Below are positions 15,664 through 23,494 of a DNA stretch of 32,000 bases, piece by piece. The number at the start of each line of letters is the position of its first letter. The first letter of the stretch is position 1. Under the pieces are notes generated by a model. It did no database searches. It was not told where the DNA came from and saw only the letters and a list, made by a program, of their open reading frames with translations. A program made the translations under genes and the position numbers. The DNA is from Kiritimatiella glycovorans (GTDB lineage: Bacteria > Verrucomicrobiota > Kiritimatiellia > Kiritimatiellales > Kiritimatiellaceae): positions 540,001 through 572,000 of the forward strand of contig NZ_CP010904.1 in NCBI RefSeq assembly GCF_001017655.1. Reading direction: 5' to 3'.

Positions 15664-17178
15664 ATGAGTGGTTTCGCCGTCGGATGCGGAGAGCCCGATC
15701 GAGAGAGTATCGAACAGATGATGGGCAGGATCGCCCATCGCGGACCGTTTCTCTACGGCGTCCGCGAGAGCGGCGCCGTGATGGCGGGACAGAATTACCT
15801 GCACGCCGACGCCCCGCAGGCGCGCGACGGCGCTGAGGTTCCGTGTCACGATGACGGCGGACGGTTCGTGACCTGGGACGGTCAGATCGGCAATCTCCCT
15901 GCGCTCGCCGAGGAGGAGGGCGTCCGGCCGGGGGCGTTCCGCGAAGAGCGTCTGCTCCTTCACCTCTACGAACATCACGGCGCGGACATGTTCAAGTTTC
16001 TCAACGATGCCATCTTTACCTGCGTCGTCTGCGACAACGGCCGGATGCTGGCGGCCCGCGATCTGCTCGGCATCAAGACCCTGTTCTACGGGCGCAGGGA
16101 CGGCACGCTCTATCTCGCGTCCGAACTCAAGGCGCTGTGCGCGATTACCGACGATGTCAACGAGTTCCCCCCCGGTCACTGCATGGACGAGAGCGGTGCG
16201 CTGAAACCGTTCGCCTCGCTGCCGGAACCCCCGCAGCCCGTCCGCGAGGAGACCGAAGCCATTATCGCCAAAGTGCGCGATATCATTCAGCGGAGCTTCG
16301 ATGCCCACGTGGATTTCTCCGCGCCCACGGCCTCGCTGCTGAGCGGCGGAATGGACAGCAGCGTCATCGCCTGCCTCGCCACCGATGCGCTGCGGCGGCG
16401 CGAGGGGCCCGGAGCGCGCCTCAAGACCTACGCGATCGGCGTGGGCGAGAGCGGGGACATCCACAACGCCCGGGTGGTGGCCGAGCACCTGAACACCGAT
16501 CACGAGGAGCTGCTCGTGACCCTGGAACAGGTCATCGAGGCTCTCCCGGACGTGATCTATAACCTCGAATCGTTCGACCCCTCGCTGGTGCGCAGCGCCG
16601 TCGCGAACTTCCTGATCTCGGGCAAGGCCCGGGAGGCGGGCTACGAGGTGCTGCTCTCCGGTGAGGGCGGCGACGAGATCTTCTGCGGCTATGCCTATCT
16701 GAAGGACCGCCCGCTCTCCGAACTTACGGAGCAGCAGATCCAGTGCCTCGGATATCTGCACAGCAACGCCTCGCTGCGCCTCGACCGGATGAACCTCGGG
16801 CATTCGATGCGCGTGGTGGCGCCGCTGATTTCGGGCGAGCTGCTCGACTACGCCCTGACCCTGCCGCCCGACGTCAAACTGCATGAAGAAGAGGACGGCA
16901 CCAAAGTCGAAAAGTGGATCTTCCGCAAGGCGTACGAACCCGACCTTCCGGACGTGATCACGAAACGGCTCAAGGCCGAATTCTCGCAGGGATCGGGATC
17001 GGCGGGCGTCATGCCGCAGTACTTCGAGGACCGGTACAGCGACGAGGAATTCGCCGCGGCGCAGAAGCAGTACTCCTTTGTGCGCAGCAAGGAGGAGTGG
17101 TACTACTTCAAGCTCTTCCGCGAATACTTCGGCGACGGCAAGGCCGCGCAAACCGTGGGCCAGTGGCCGAAGCTGTAG
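15664..17178 (+). CDS. Asparagine synthetase B-like protein with a degenerate glutaminase domain (N-terminal Met-Ser-Gly instead of Met-Cys-Gly)
   Basis: The synthetase domain is well conserved (SLLSGGMDSSVIACLA PP-loop, LLSGEGGDEIFCGY, LRLDRMN, KAEFSQGSG). SD gggagga lies 5 nt upstream of ATG 15664, so the N-terminus is MSGFAVG. Confidence 0.85.
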   Translation: MSGFAVGCGEPDRESIEQMMGRIAHRGPFLYGVRESGAVMAGQNYLHADAPQARDGAEVPCHDDGGRFVTWDGQIGNLPALAEEEGVRPGAFREERLLLHLYEHHGADMFKFLNDAIFTCVVCDNGRMLAARDLLGIKTLFYGRRDGTLYLASELKALCAITDDVNEFPPGHCMDESGALKPFASLPEPPQPVREETEAIIAKVRDIIQRSFDAHVDFSAPTASLLSGGMDSSVIACLATDALRRREGPGARLKTYAIGVGESGDIHNARVVAEHLNTDHEELLVTLEQVIEALPDVIYNLESFDPSLVRSAVANFLISGKAREAGYEVLLSGEGGDEIFCGYAYLKDRPLSELTEQQIQCLGYLHSNASLRLDRMNLGHSMRVVAPLISGELLDYALTLPPDVKLHEEEDGTKVEKWIFRKAYEPDLPDVITKRLKAEFSQGSGSAGVMPQYFEDRYSDEEFAAAQKQYSFVRSKEEWYYFKLFREYFGDGKAAQTVGQWPKL

Positions 17179-17191
17179 GATCCCGACGTTC

Positions 17192-19018
17192 CTACGCGGA
17201 GATCGCGGAGCCGAAATGCCAGATTTGAAGCGGATCGGCTCCGGCGTCGTCCCGCGGATAAAAAGCGATCCATTCGATCTCGATCGTGCCGGGACCGGAG
17301 GCGGGCATCAGCCAGATGCGTTCGGGCGCGGCGTCGTGCGGCAGCACCGCTTCATAGGGACGCCAGATGCCGTCCGGCCGCAGGGGAAAGGCGAGGGTGC
17401 GGGCCGCATCTCCCGCGTCCCCTGCTTCGCGCCAGCCCCAGCGGGCCTCGCCGTCGGCGGCACAGCGGATGCGGGCGCGAATGCTCACCGGCACGAGATC
17501 TTCACGCAGTGCGCTGTACAGCCGTACCCCGGGTCCCCGGCACTCGATGCGCAGAAATTCCGGCGTCGCATACAGCCGGCCGGGGCCGTCGATGAACCAC
17601 CCCGCGGCGCGACCCGCTTCGACTTGCCGCGCGGCCCGGCGGTCTTCCTGAAACGTGGTCCGCCGCCAGCGTTGCAGTGACGCTTCATGCCGGCTGGAAA
17701 CGGCGAGTTTTGTTTTTATCCGGCGGAGTCGGTGGGCGGCCAGGTAGGCGTGAGGGGCCATTTCACGGGAGACGCGCCGACACGTCCCGTCGCCCTCGTC
17801 CGGTCGGCAGCGCCAGAGGCGGTCGTCGCCGTCGAGCATCCAGTCGCGGGTGCGGACCAGTTGACGGTCGGCCCAGGGCGCGTAAATCCAGGTCCGGATG
17901 CTTCCGGGTTCGCCGCGGAGCGCCGGGACGAAACTCTTTCCGTCCAGTTCGTAATCCCCGGGAATGGAAGCCCCCGCCAGTTGTGCCAGCGTCGGAAAGA
18001 TATCGGTGTGATCCACCAGGGCCGGGCTGGGAGGGAGCGAGGGAATACGGCCCGGTCCCCATACGATCAGCGGTACGGCGGCGCCCCGCTCACCGTAGAT
18101 TCTTCCTTTCCCGAAGAACGGGCTTCCATTGTCCGCCGTGAATACCACGATCATGTCGCGCTCGAGACCCGAGTCGACGAGGTTCTGCATGAGCGCGCCG
18201 ATGCCCGCGTCGATATGCTCCACGGTGTCCTTCAGGGTTCCGGCCTCCGTCTCGGTGCCCGGCACGGGGGGCCAGGTCACCACGCCTCCGGGTTCGAGTT
18301 CCGCCCGCCGGCCGAGGGTCATCGCGTAGTGCATGAAGACGGGTGCGGAGGCGACCCGCGAGGTGTGATGCGCCAGGTACGATCTGAAGAGGTCGGGGCC
18401 GTAGTGCTCTTCATCCGCGGCGTACCTGTGCCCGTTGATCCGCAGCTCCGGGTTCCGGTGCCAGGAGGGGAGGCCGCGCAGGTGTGCGTCCGGAGTCGCT
18501 CCCTGCACGGTCGACGGCTCGCCGCCGAACAGCCGGCGGACACCGGGCGCCCAGACACAGCGGTTCCGGTATCCGTGCTGCATCGGCGATTCCGGGAACA
18601 GCCATTGACCCGCGAGGAAGGTGTCATAGCCCGCATGCTGCAGCAGCCGCGCCAGGGTGAGGTTGGACTGCGAAACGACATATCCGCGTTCGCCCGCCGC
18701 CGGACGCATGAATTCATGGTACCAGCCGGTTCGAAAGGGGTAGCGACCGGTGCACAGTTCCACTCTCGCCGCCATGCCGGAGGGGGATCCCCAGCACGTT
18801 TGGAATCGGACCCCCTCCGAGGCCAGCCGGTCGAGATGGGGGGTCCGGTGCGATGGGTGACCGTAGCATCCGAGTTCGCGGGCCGATATGTTGTCCGCCG
18901 TGATCAGCAGAAGGTGCGGGGAGGACGCCCCGCGATCCGCGGCGGCGCCGCCGCCCGCCGCGCTCCACGCCGCCGCGCCGCCCGCCCCCGTGATGAATGT
19001 CCGTCTGCTGTGTGCCAT
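17192..19018 (-). CDS. Sulfatase-family (alkaline phosphatase superfamily) protein with a Tat-type signal, lacking the (C/S)xPxR formylglycine motif
   Basis: MAHSRRTFITGAGGAAAW (twin-Arg), LLLITADNISARELGCYGHPSHRTPHLDRLASEGVRF, VVFTADNG, HTDIFPTLAQLAG. The expected CxPSR position reads GMAAR. There is a C-terminal extension of roughly 150-180 aa. The track start 19033 is TTG; ATG 19018 is preferred. Confidence 0.85.
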   Translation of the reverse strand: MAHSRRTFITGAGGAAAWSAAGGGAAADRGASSPHLLLITADNISARELGCYGHPSHRTPHLDRLASEGVRFQTCWGSPSGMAARVELCTGRYPFRTGWYHEFMRPAAGERGYVVSQSNLTLARLLQHAGYDTFLAGQWLFPESPMQHGYRNRCVWAPGVRRLFGGEPSTVQGATPDAHLRGLPSWHRNPELRINGHRYAADEEHYGPDLFRSYLAHHTSRVASAPVFMHYAMTLGRRAELEPGGVVTWPPVPGTETEAGTLKDTVEHIDAGIGALMQNLVDSGLERDMIVVFTADNGSPFFGKGRIYGERGAAVPLIVWGPGRIPSLPPSPALVDHTDIFPTLAQLAGASIPGDYELDGKSFVPALRGEPGSIRTWIYAPWADRQLVRTRDWMLDGDDRLWRCRPDEGDGTCRRVSREMAPHAYLAAHRLRRIKTKLAVSSRHEASLQRWRRTTFQEDRRAARQVEAGRAAGWFIDGPGRLYATPEFLRIECRGPGVRLYSALREDLVPVSIRARIRCAADGEARWGWREAGDAGDAARTLAFPLRPDGIWRPYEAVLPHDAAPERIWLMPASGPGTIEIEWIAFYPRDDAGADPLQIWHFGSAISA

Positions 19019-19146
19019 GAAAAAATCCGCCAAAAAACAAGGCTCTCCTATCTACTCTCTCCGCGCCGTGAGAGCCAGTCAAAACATCCGGCGTTCGGGG
19101 CGGCCATTCCTGCCTGATCCGTTGAACCGGCGCATCGCGCACAGCG

Positions 19147-19280
19147 ATTCTCATTATGGCTTCACCCTTTTCGGTCGGGGTGGCACCCGACCCTCCCAGT
19201 GCCCGAAAATGCGTCGGATATCGACTCGGGAGGGACGGCTGCCACGCCGTCCGCGGTCGGAATGCGGCCATAATGAGAAC
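19147..19280. other. Structured element bounded by an inverted repeat (candidate cis-regulatory RNA, sRNA or miniature element)
   Basis: The 13-bp perfect inverted repeat ttctcattatggc (19148-19160) / gccataatgagaa (19267-19279) encloses 106 nt. The interior has nested helices: ttttcgg/ccgaaaa, ggtcggg/cccgacc, cctccc/gggagg, gtcg/cgac, gacgg/ccgtc. It lies in the divergent intergenic region between the sulfatase-like gene and the 19376 gene. Confidence 0.4.
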
Positions 19281-19375
19281 TGCTGCATCGCGCATTGCAT
19301 CCTTCCGGCGCGCAAGGTATAAGTGTACCCCGGAAGAAATTCCATCATGATGCGTATTCAAACGGGAGGCTTGCC

Positions 19376-20122
19376 GTGCCTGTTCAGATCCTGATGATCG
19401 TGCTCTTTATCGCGCTGATCACCGTGTACCGTAAACGTCGCCGATGGCCCGCCGCCAACCCCGTGCTGATCGTGCTCTCCGTCATTACGCTCCTGCTCGC
19501 GGGGTTTTACGGATGGAACACGTTTCGGATCGAGAAGTATCCTTCCGAGGAAGTCAAGTTGCGCAACCGCGCGGCCGGCCGCGTGGTGGGCGAATACCTG
19601 GCCTCTTCGCTGGAAGAGGCGGGTCCCGTGCTGGTGATCGGTTATCCTGCGAAGCTGGAGAAGAATCCCGCTCGCGAACTGGCCCTTCTACGACTCGAGG
19701 AACTGCGCGCCGCGCTCTCGGGGCGTCCGAACCCCGTGGTCATAAGCGAGATGCCCTATGAGCGCTTCATGAAATGGATGCCCGAAGCCCCCGGTCCGGG
19801 GTATCCGCGCGATGTTTTCTTCATGCAGCTCGAAGCCCATCCCGATGCGGAGGCGGTCGTCTCGCTGCTCGGGGTTCCGATGCTGAAGGCGGAGGATGAG
19901 CCGAAGGATATCCCGCCCGTCTACGATCTCAGCCTGAGTTCGACGTTCGGATATCAACCTCTTTTCAAGCACGGATTTCTGAAGGCGGCCGTGACTTTCC
20001 GGGGAAGAGGGGAGCGGGAAACCGAGCCGGCGGAGGGCGATTCACTGGGAAGGGTTTTCCGGAACCACTATCTTCTGGTCACGCCGGAGAACTACAGCAA
20101 TGCGATTCCGGATATGATGTGA
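19376..20122 (+). CDS. Hypothetical membrane protein (two N-terminal TM segments)
   Basis: GTG 19376 is preceded by gggagg. The translation reads VPVQILMIVLFIALITVY...NPVLIVLSVITLLLAGFYGW, then a soluble domain. No family recognised. Confidence 0.65.
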   Translation: MPVQILMIVLFIALITVYRKRRRWPAANPVLIVLSVITLLLAGFYGWNTFRIEKYPSEEVKLRNRAAGRVVGEYLASSLEEAGPVLVIGYPAKLEKNPARELALLRLEELRAALSGRPNPVVISEMPYERFMKWMPEAPGPGYPRDVFFMQLEAHPDAEAVVSLLGVPMLKAEDEPKDIPPVYDLSLSSTFGYQPLFKHGFLKAAVTFRGRGERETEPAEGDSLGRVFRNHYLLVTPENYSNAIPDMM

Positions 20123-20124
20123 GA

Positions 20125-20211
20125 TGGTGCACCCGAGAGGATTCGAACCTCCACGACCGTATGGCCACAAGATCCTGAATCTTGCGCGTCTACCAATTCC
20201 GCCACGGGTGC
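20125..20211 (-). tRNA. tRNA-Leu (anticodon CAG), 87 nt with encoded CCA
   Basis: The reverse complement is GCACCCGTGGCGGAATTGGTAGACGCGCAAGATTCAGGATCTTGTGGCCATACGGTCGTGGAGGTTCGAATCCTCTCGGGTGCACCA. It folds by hand: 7-bp acceptor stem, anticodon stem CAAGA/TCTTG with loop TTCAGGA, a long variable arm, and a GGTTCGAATCC T-loop. Confidence 0.95.
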
Positions 20212-20232
20212 TCAGGATCAAATAAGACGCGC

Positions 20233-20261
20233 AATGTACCAAGCGGCGCACAACGCGTCAA
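20233..20261 (-). promoter_or_regulatory. Candidate sigma70-type promoter for tRNA-Leu
   Basis: The minus strand reads TTGACG-N17-TACATT. The -10 element ends 21 nt upstream of the mature tRNA 5' end. The -35 element overlaps the bioD stop codon. Confidence 0.45.
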
Positions 20262-21049
20262 CCTCCGGTCATCAGAAGCGCGGCGTCCGCAATCTCCGCG
20301 GCGGTGCCGCCGCAGCGTTCACGCAGCAACGCCCCCGGATCGTCCGAGCCGCCGAGGCCTTCACAATACGGGAGCGGGCCGTAAACCGGCACGCCGCCCA
20401 GACGTTCAAGCGTCCTGCGATTATCTTCCTCCACGCAGGGGGCGCGTTCGGGGGTCGATTCGATCAGGACGAGTCCGGCGACGCGCAGGCCGGCGCGGGC
20501 CAGTTCGTGCAGGGTGAGCAGCGAATGATTGAGCGTGCCGAGCGACGGGCGTGCGGCGACCAGCACGGGGCAGCCCATCGCGCGCATCAGATCGAGCATG
20601 GTCCGTTCGCGGTCGACCGGGACGAGCACGCCCCCGGCTCCTTCGGCGAGCACAAATTCGTGCGCGGCCCCAAGCTGGTTCCAGGCCGTGAGGATCTGCT
20701 CCGGATCGACGGTACGCCCTTCGAGTTCCGCGGCCAGGTGCGGCGAACACGGTTCCCGGAAGAGCTGCGGCGCCATCCGGGCGCGCGTGTCGGCGTCCGG
20801 GTCCATCCCGGCGGCGCGCAGCGCGAATTCGAGATCCGGCGCGCGTAACCCGCCGCCCGGCCCCGGCTCCGCCCCGGTCTGCACAGGCTTCATCGGCACC
20901 GCGTCCAGCCCCCGCGCGCGCAGCTCCATCAACAGCGCCGCCGTGAGGACCGTCTTGCCGATCCCCGTATCGGTGCCGGTGATGAATATCCCGGCGGGAC
21001 GATGCCGGTCGTCCCCTCCCTGACCTGTTTTCAGCACAGCGGGTATCAA
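20258..21049 (-). CDS. bioD: Dethiobiotin synthase
   Basis: IFITGTDTGIGKTVLTAALL (P-loop), MKPVQTG, LAEGAGG. The start is uncertain (TTG 21049 or GTG 21037). It overlaps the rmuC stop by 4 nt if 21049 is used. Confidence 0.85.
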   Translation of the reverse strand: MIPAVLKTGQGGDDRHRPAGIFITGTDTGIGKTVLTAALLMELRARGLDAVPMKPVQTGAEPGPGGGLRAPDLEFALRAAGMDPDADTRARMAPQLFREPCSPHLAAELEGRTVDPEQILTAWNQLGAAHEFVLAEGAGGVLVPVDRERTMLDLMRAMGCPVLVAARPSLGTLNHSLLTLHELARAGLRVAGLVLIESTPERAPCVEEDNRRTLERLGGVPVYGPLPYCEGLGGSDDPGALLRERCGGTAAEIADAALLMTGG

Positions 21050-22239
21050 GGTGCCTTATCCGCCGGATCTTCCTCTTCCGCGTTCCAGTCCGGAGGGAGC
21101 TTCTTGCGGGCCCTGACCCCGAGTTCCCTGAGCATTTCGATCTGGCGGAGGACGTTGCCCGATCCGGTCTGGAGGCGTTTGACGGCCTGTTCGTGCGATT
21201 CCTTTGCCCGGTCGAGGTGCTGGCCGACATCCTCGATCGACTCGACAAACGAGACGAACTTGTCGTAGAGCGAGCCCGCGCGCGAGGCGATGGCGTCCGC
21301 GTTCTGCGACTGCTTCTCGCGGCGCCAGATGCTCTCGATGATGCGCAGGGTCATCATCAGCGTGGACGGGCCGACCAGGAGGATGTTGCGCTGGAAGGCT
21401 TCGTGGTACAGCGACGGGTCTTCGCGTGCCGCGGTGATGAAGGCCGGTTCGACGGGGACGAACATGAGGACGAAGTCCAGCGAGCGGACGGCCTCCAGAT
21501 CCTCGTACTTCTTCTGTCCGAGGTCGCGGATATGCTGACGCATCGACTGGAGGTGTGCGTTCAGCGCCTCCCCGCGGGTCGGCTCATCGTCCGCATGGCA
21601 GTACTGCTCGTAGGACTTGAGCGAGACCTTTGAATCGATGACGACGTCTTTCTCCTCCGGAAGGTGCAGCACCACGTCAGGGCGCAGCCGGCGTCCCGAG
21701 GCGTCCGTGTACTGGGTCTGGACTTCGTATTCCTCGTCCCGGCGGAGACCGGACTCTTCAAGTATGCGTTCGAGGATGAATTCGCCCCAGTCGCCCTGGG
21801 TCTTGACTTCGCCGCGGAGGGCCTGGGTGAGATGGGCCGCGCGTTCGCCGACTTCACGGCTGCATTCCTGAAGCTGCTGCACCTGGTTTTTGAGCGAGGC
21901 GCGCTCGCGGCTCTCTTCGTGATGGACGTCGTCGACCCGTTTGCGGAATTCCGTGATCTGCTGTCGCAGCGGCGCGAGGAGCTGATCGAGTCTTTCGCGC
22001 TGTTCAGTGCCCAGTCGCTGACCCTTTTCCTCGAAAATCCGGTTCGCCAGGTTCTCGAACTGGTGCGCCATGGATTCGCGCGCCTCGTCGAGCGTGGCCA
22101 GTTTCTCCTCGCTCCGGCTACGCTCGAATTCGAGCCGGTCGCGCAGACGGGCCAGGCGCCCGTGCGCCCAGGCGGCCATGACGGCCGCTCCGGCCGCGGC
22201 GCCGATCCCTATGCCGATGAACAGGCTCCAGTGCATCAT
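21046..22239 (-). CDS. rmuC: DNA recombination protein RmuC
   Basis: N-terminal TM segment, a long coiled coil, then DFVLMFVPVEPAFITAAREDPSLYHEAFQRNILLVGPSTLMMTLRIIESIWRRE, which is typical of the RmuC nuclease-like domain. Confidence 0.9.
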   Translation of the reverse strand: MMHWSLFIGIGIGAAAGAAVMAAWAHGRLARLRDRLEFERSRSEEKLATLDEARESMAHQFENLANRIFEEKGQRLGTEQRERLDQLLAPLRQQITEFRKRVDDVHHEESRERASLKNQVQQLQECSREVGERAAHLTQALRGEVKTQGDWGEFILERILEESGLRRDEEYEVQTQYTDASGRRLRPDVVLHLPEEKDVVIDSKVSLKSYEQYCHADDEPTRGEALNAHLQSMRQHIRDLGQKKYEDLEAVRSLDFVLMFVPVEPAFITAAREDPSLYHEAFQRNILLVGPSTLMMTLRIIESIWRREKQSQNADAIASRAGSLYDKFVSFVESIEDVGQHLDRAKESHEQAVKRLQTGSGNVLRQIEMLRELGVRARKKLPPDWNAEEEDPADKAP

Positions 22240-22250
22240 GGTGCTTCACT

Positions 22251-22278
22251 AAAAAGGGCGGCTTTGCAGCCGCCCTTT
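22251..22278 (-). terminator. Rho-independent terminator after the coiled-coil gene
   Basis: The minus-strand RNA reads aaagggcggc-ugcaaa-gccgcccuuuuu and starts 22 nt after the stop at 22301. The U-tract ends 12 nt before the rmuC ATG. Confidence 0.65.
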
Positions 22279-22300
22279 ACCCTGGTAGAGAGACCGGTCC

Positions 22301-22816
22301 TTATTGCGCGTGACGGAGGATGTATTCCCGAAGCTGGGTGTTACGGCTCTCGAGCGATTCGACCCGGCCTTTCATCTGATCGATCTCCGCCTTGAGATCG
22401 TCGATTTTGGACTGGTACTTGCCGGTCACATCGCTCCTGACCTGCTTGACTTCCTGCTCGAGCTGCTTTACTTCGCGCTCGGCGCGCTTGCGGGCCCGCT
22501 GGGCTTCCTCCGCGTCGGCCTCGAGATCTTCCATCTGCGAGCGCACCTCGCCGAGCTTGTCCTGCATCTCGTTCTTCTGCCGGCGCATCGCATTGACTTC
22601 TTCGCGCATCGACTTGACGCGGTTCTGGGCAGCCGAGACCTCGGAGCTCATGCCGTCGACCCTTCCCTGAACCTCCTCGAGCTTCTGCTGAAGTTCGGCC
22701 TTTTCGGCCTCCGCCTGTTCGAGTTTTTCAGGTGCGACCTTCTGCGCCATCATGAAACCCATGACGGCGATAATGATGACCGCGATGACGACGATAATGA
22801 TATTACTCTTGTTCAT
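22301..22816 (-). CDS. Membrane-anchored coiled-coil protein (hypothetical)
   Basis: N-terminal TM segment (IIIVVIAVIIIAVMGFMM), then a Glu/Lys/Gln-rich region of about 140 aa with heptad-like periodicity. A strong SD (aggggagaaggga) precedes ATG 22816. Confidence 0.7.
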   Translation of the reverse strand: MNKSNIIIVVIAVIIIAVMGFMMAQKVAPEKLEQAEAEKAELQQKLEEVQGRVDGMSSEVSAAQNRVKSMREEVNAMRRQKNEMQDKLGEVRSQMEDLEADAEEAQRARKRAEREVKQLEQEVKQVRSDVTGKYQSKIDDLKAEIDQMKGRVESLESRNTQLREYILRHAQ

Positions 22817-23008
22817 GTCCCTTCTCCCCTTCCTGAAAACAATTGCTGTGTGTCTCTTTTTACCTTTAGGAATACCGCTTCTGCAAGGAATCTATTAGGT
22901 TTTTTTGCGGGTGCTTCATACGTCCCCCGTCATTGCAGGAACGACTGGAATCTTAGTGGCTGGACCCGTCTGCAGCATTTAAGGGCGCGGTCCATCCTTC
23001 CGTCCGTT

Positions 23009-23065
23009 ATCCTCGTGCTCCTAATCCTAATTCGTGCTCATACGCGTAATCGGTCCCTGCCTTTT
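23009..23065 (-). repeat. Hexamer-phased tract plus a 25-nt box (locus C of the GTACGA-type repeat family)
   Basis: tacgcgtaatcggtccctgcctttt (23041-23065) is the exact reverse complement of 27033-27057. The adjacent sequence atcctcgtgctcctaatcctaattcgtgctca keeps a 6-nt phase. Confidence 0.75.
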
Positions 23066-23090
23066 TTTTCATATCGTCACTCCTCTTTTT

Positions 23091-23112
23091 ATATTCTCAT
23101 ATATGAGAATAT
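23091..23112. promoter_or_regulatory. 22-bp perfect palindrome (candidate operator)
   Basis: atattctcatatatgagaatat equals its own reverse complement. It lies in a 678-bp intergenic region between divergent genes that is visibly more AT-rich than its surroundings. Confidence 0.4.
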
Positions 23113-23346
23113 CGGGGTTCGGTTGATTTGGATTCGCAGCGTAGATGGAATACGCTTTCAGGCCCGGAAGAAGAGGGACTTGCGGGAAGCGGGGAAGCGT
23201 CCGGTGTGGCGCACCCGGATCGATTGTCGTACAAAAAGGCTTTTCAGAGGGTGTTATGGCATATCGGCCGCAGAGGTGGCGCCCATGGGTCGGGGGAGAT
23301 GCGGGTGGCCTTGACACCGCCGGAGGTCAGTGAAAAGGCTTGCCGG

Positions 23347-23362
23347 TGGCATAGTATCTGCT
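23347..23362 (+). promoter_or_regulatory. Candidate sigma54 (-24/-12) promoter upstream of the pseudopilin gene
   Basis: TGGCATAGTATCTGCT against the consensus TGGCACG-N4-TTGCW. GG and GC have the correct spacing. It lies 133 nt upstream of ATG 23495. Confidence 0.3.
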
Positions 23363-23494
23363 CAAACATAGGAGCGACTGGATCGTCGGGTCGGGGAGTC
23401 AAGGGGATGTCCGGTTGGGGAGATCGGCGATCTAAAAGAAACCGGACGGGGTTTGGAAACAAACCTGAAGTACATTGAAGAAGGAGTTGAGAGA

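Noticed and set aside
7926-17178. A lasso-peptide-like system (transglutaminase-like protease plus AsnB-like cyclase lacking Cys1)
   Set aside because: The two genes lie about 6 kb apart on opposite strands, separated by unrelated housekeeping genes. No precursor-peptide-like small ORF lies next to either. The AsnB-like C-terminal domain looks like a bona fide asparagine synthetase rather than a divergent cyclase.
19147-19280. Assignment of the structured element to a known riboswitch class
   Set aside because: I looked for the cobalamin B12-box (GCCACTG), the TPP (CTGAGA) motif, and the core motifs of SAM, c-di-GMP, ZTP, fluoride and guanidine riboswitches, and found none. It is reported only as an unclassified structure.
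20125-20211. tRNA-Leu as the attachment site of a genomic island
   Set aside because: No integrase was found, I noticed no direct repeat of the tRNA 3' end nearby, and the flanking genes (bioD, rmuC, a membrane protein) look like ordinary chromosomal genes.
22817-23494. Hidden protein genes in the long intergenic region (track ORFs 23069-23317(-), 23128-23478(+) and 23145-23333(+))
   Set aside because: They are short and mutually overlapping, lack an SD, and have implausible composition. The region is better explained as regulatory or noncoding sequence (repeat locus C, the palindrome, candidate promoter).
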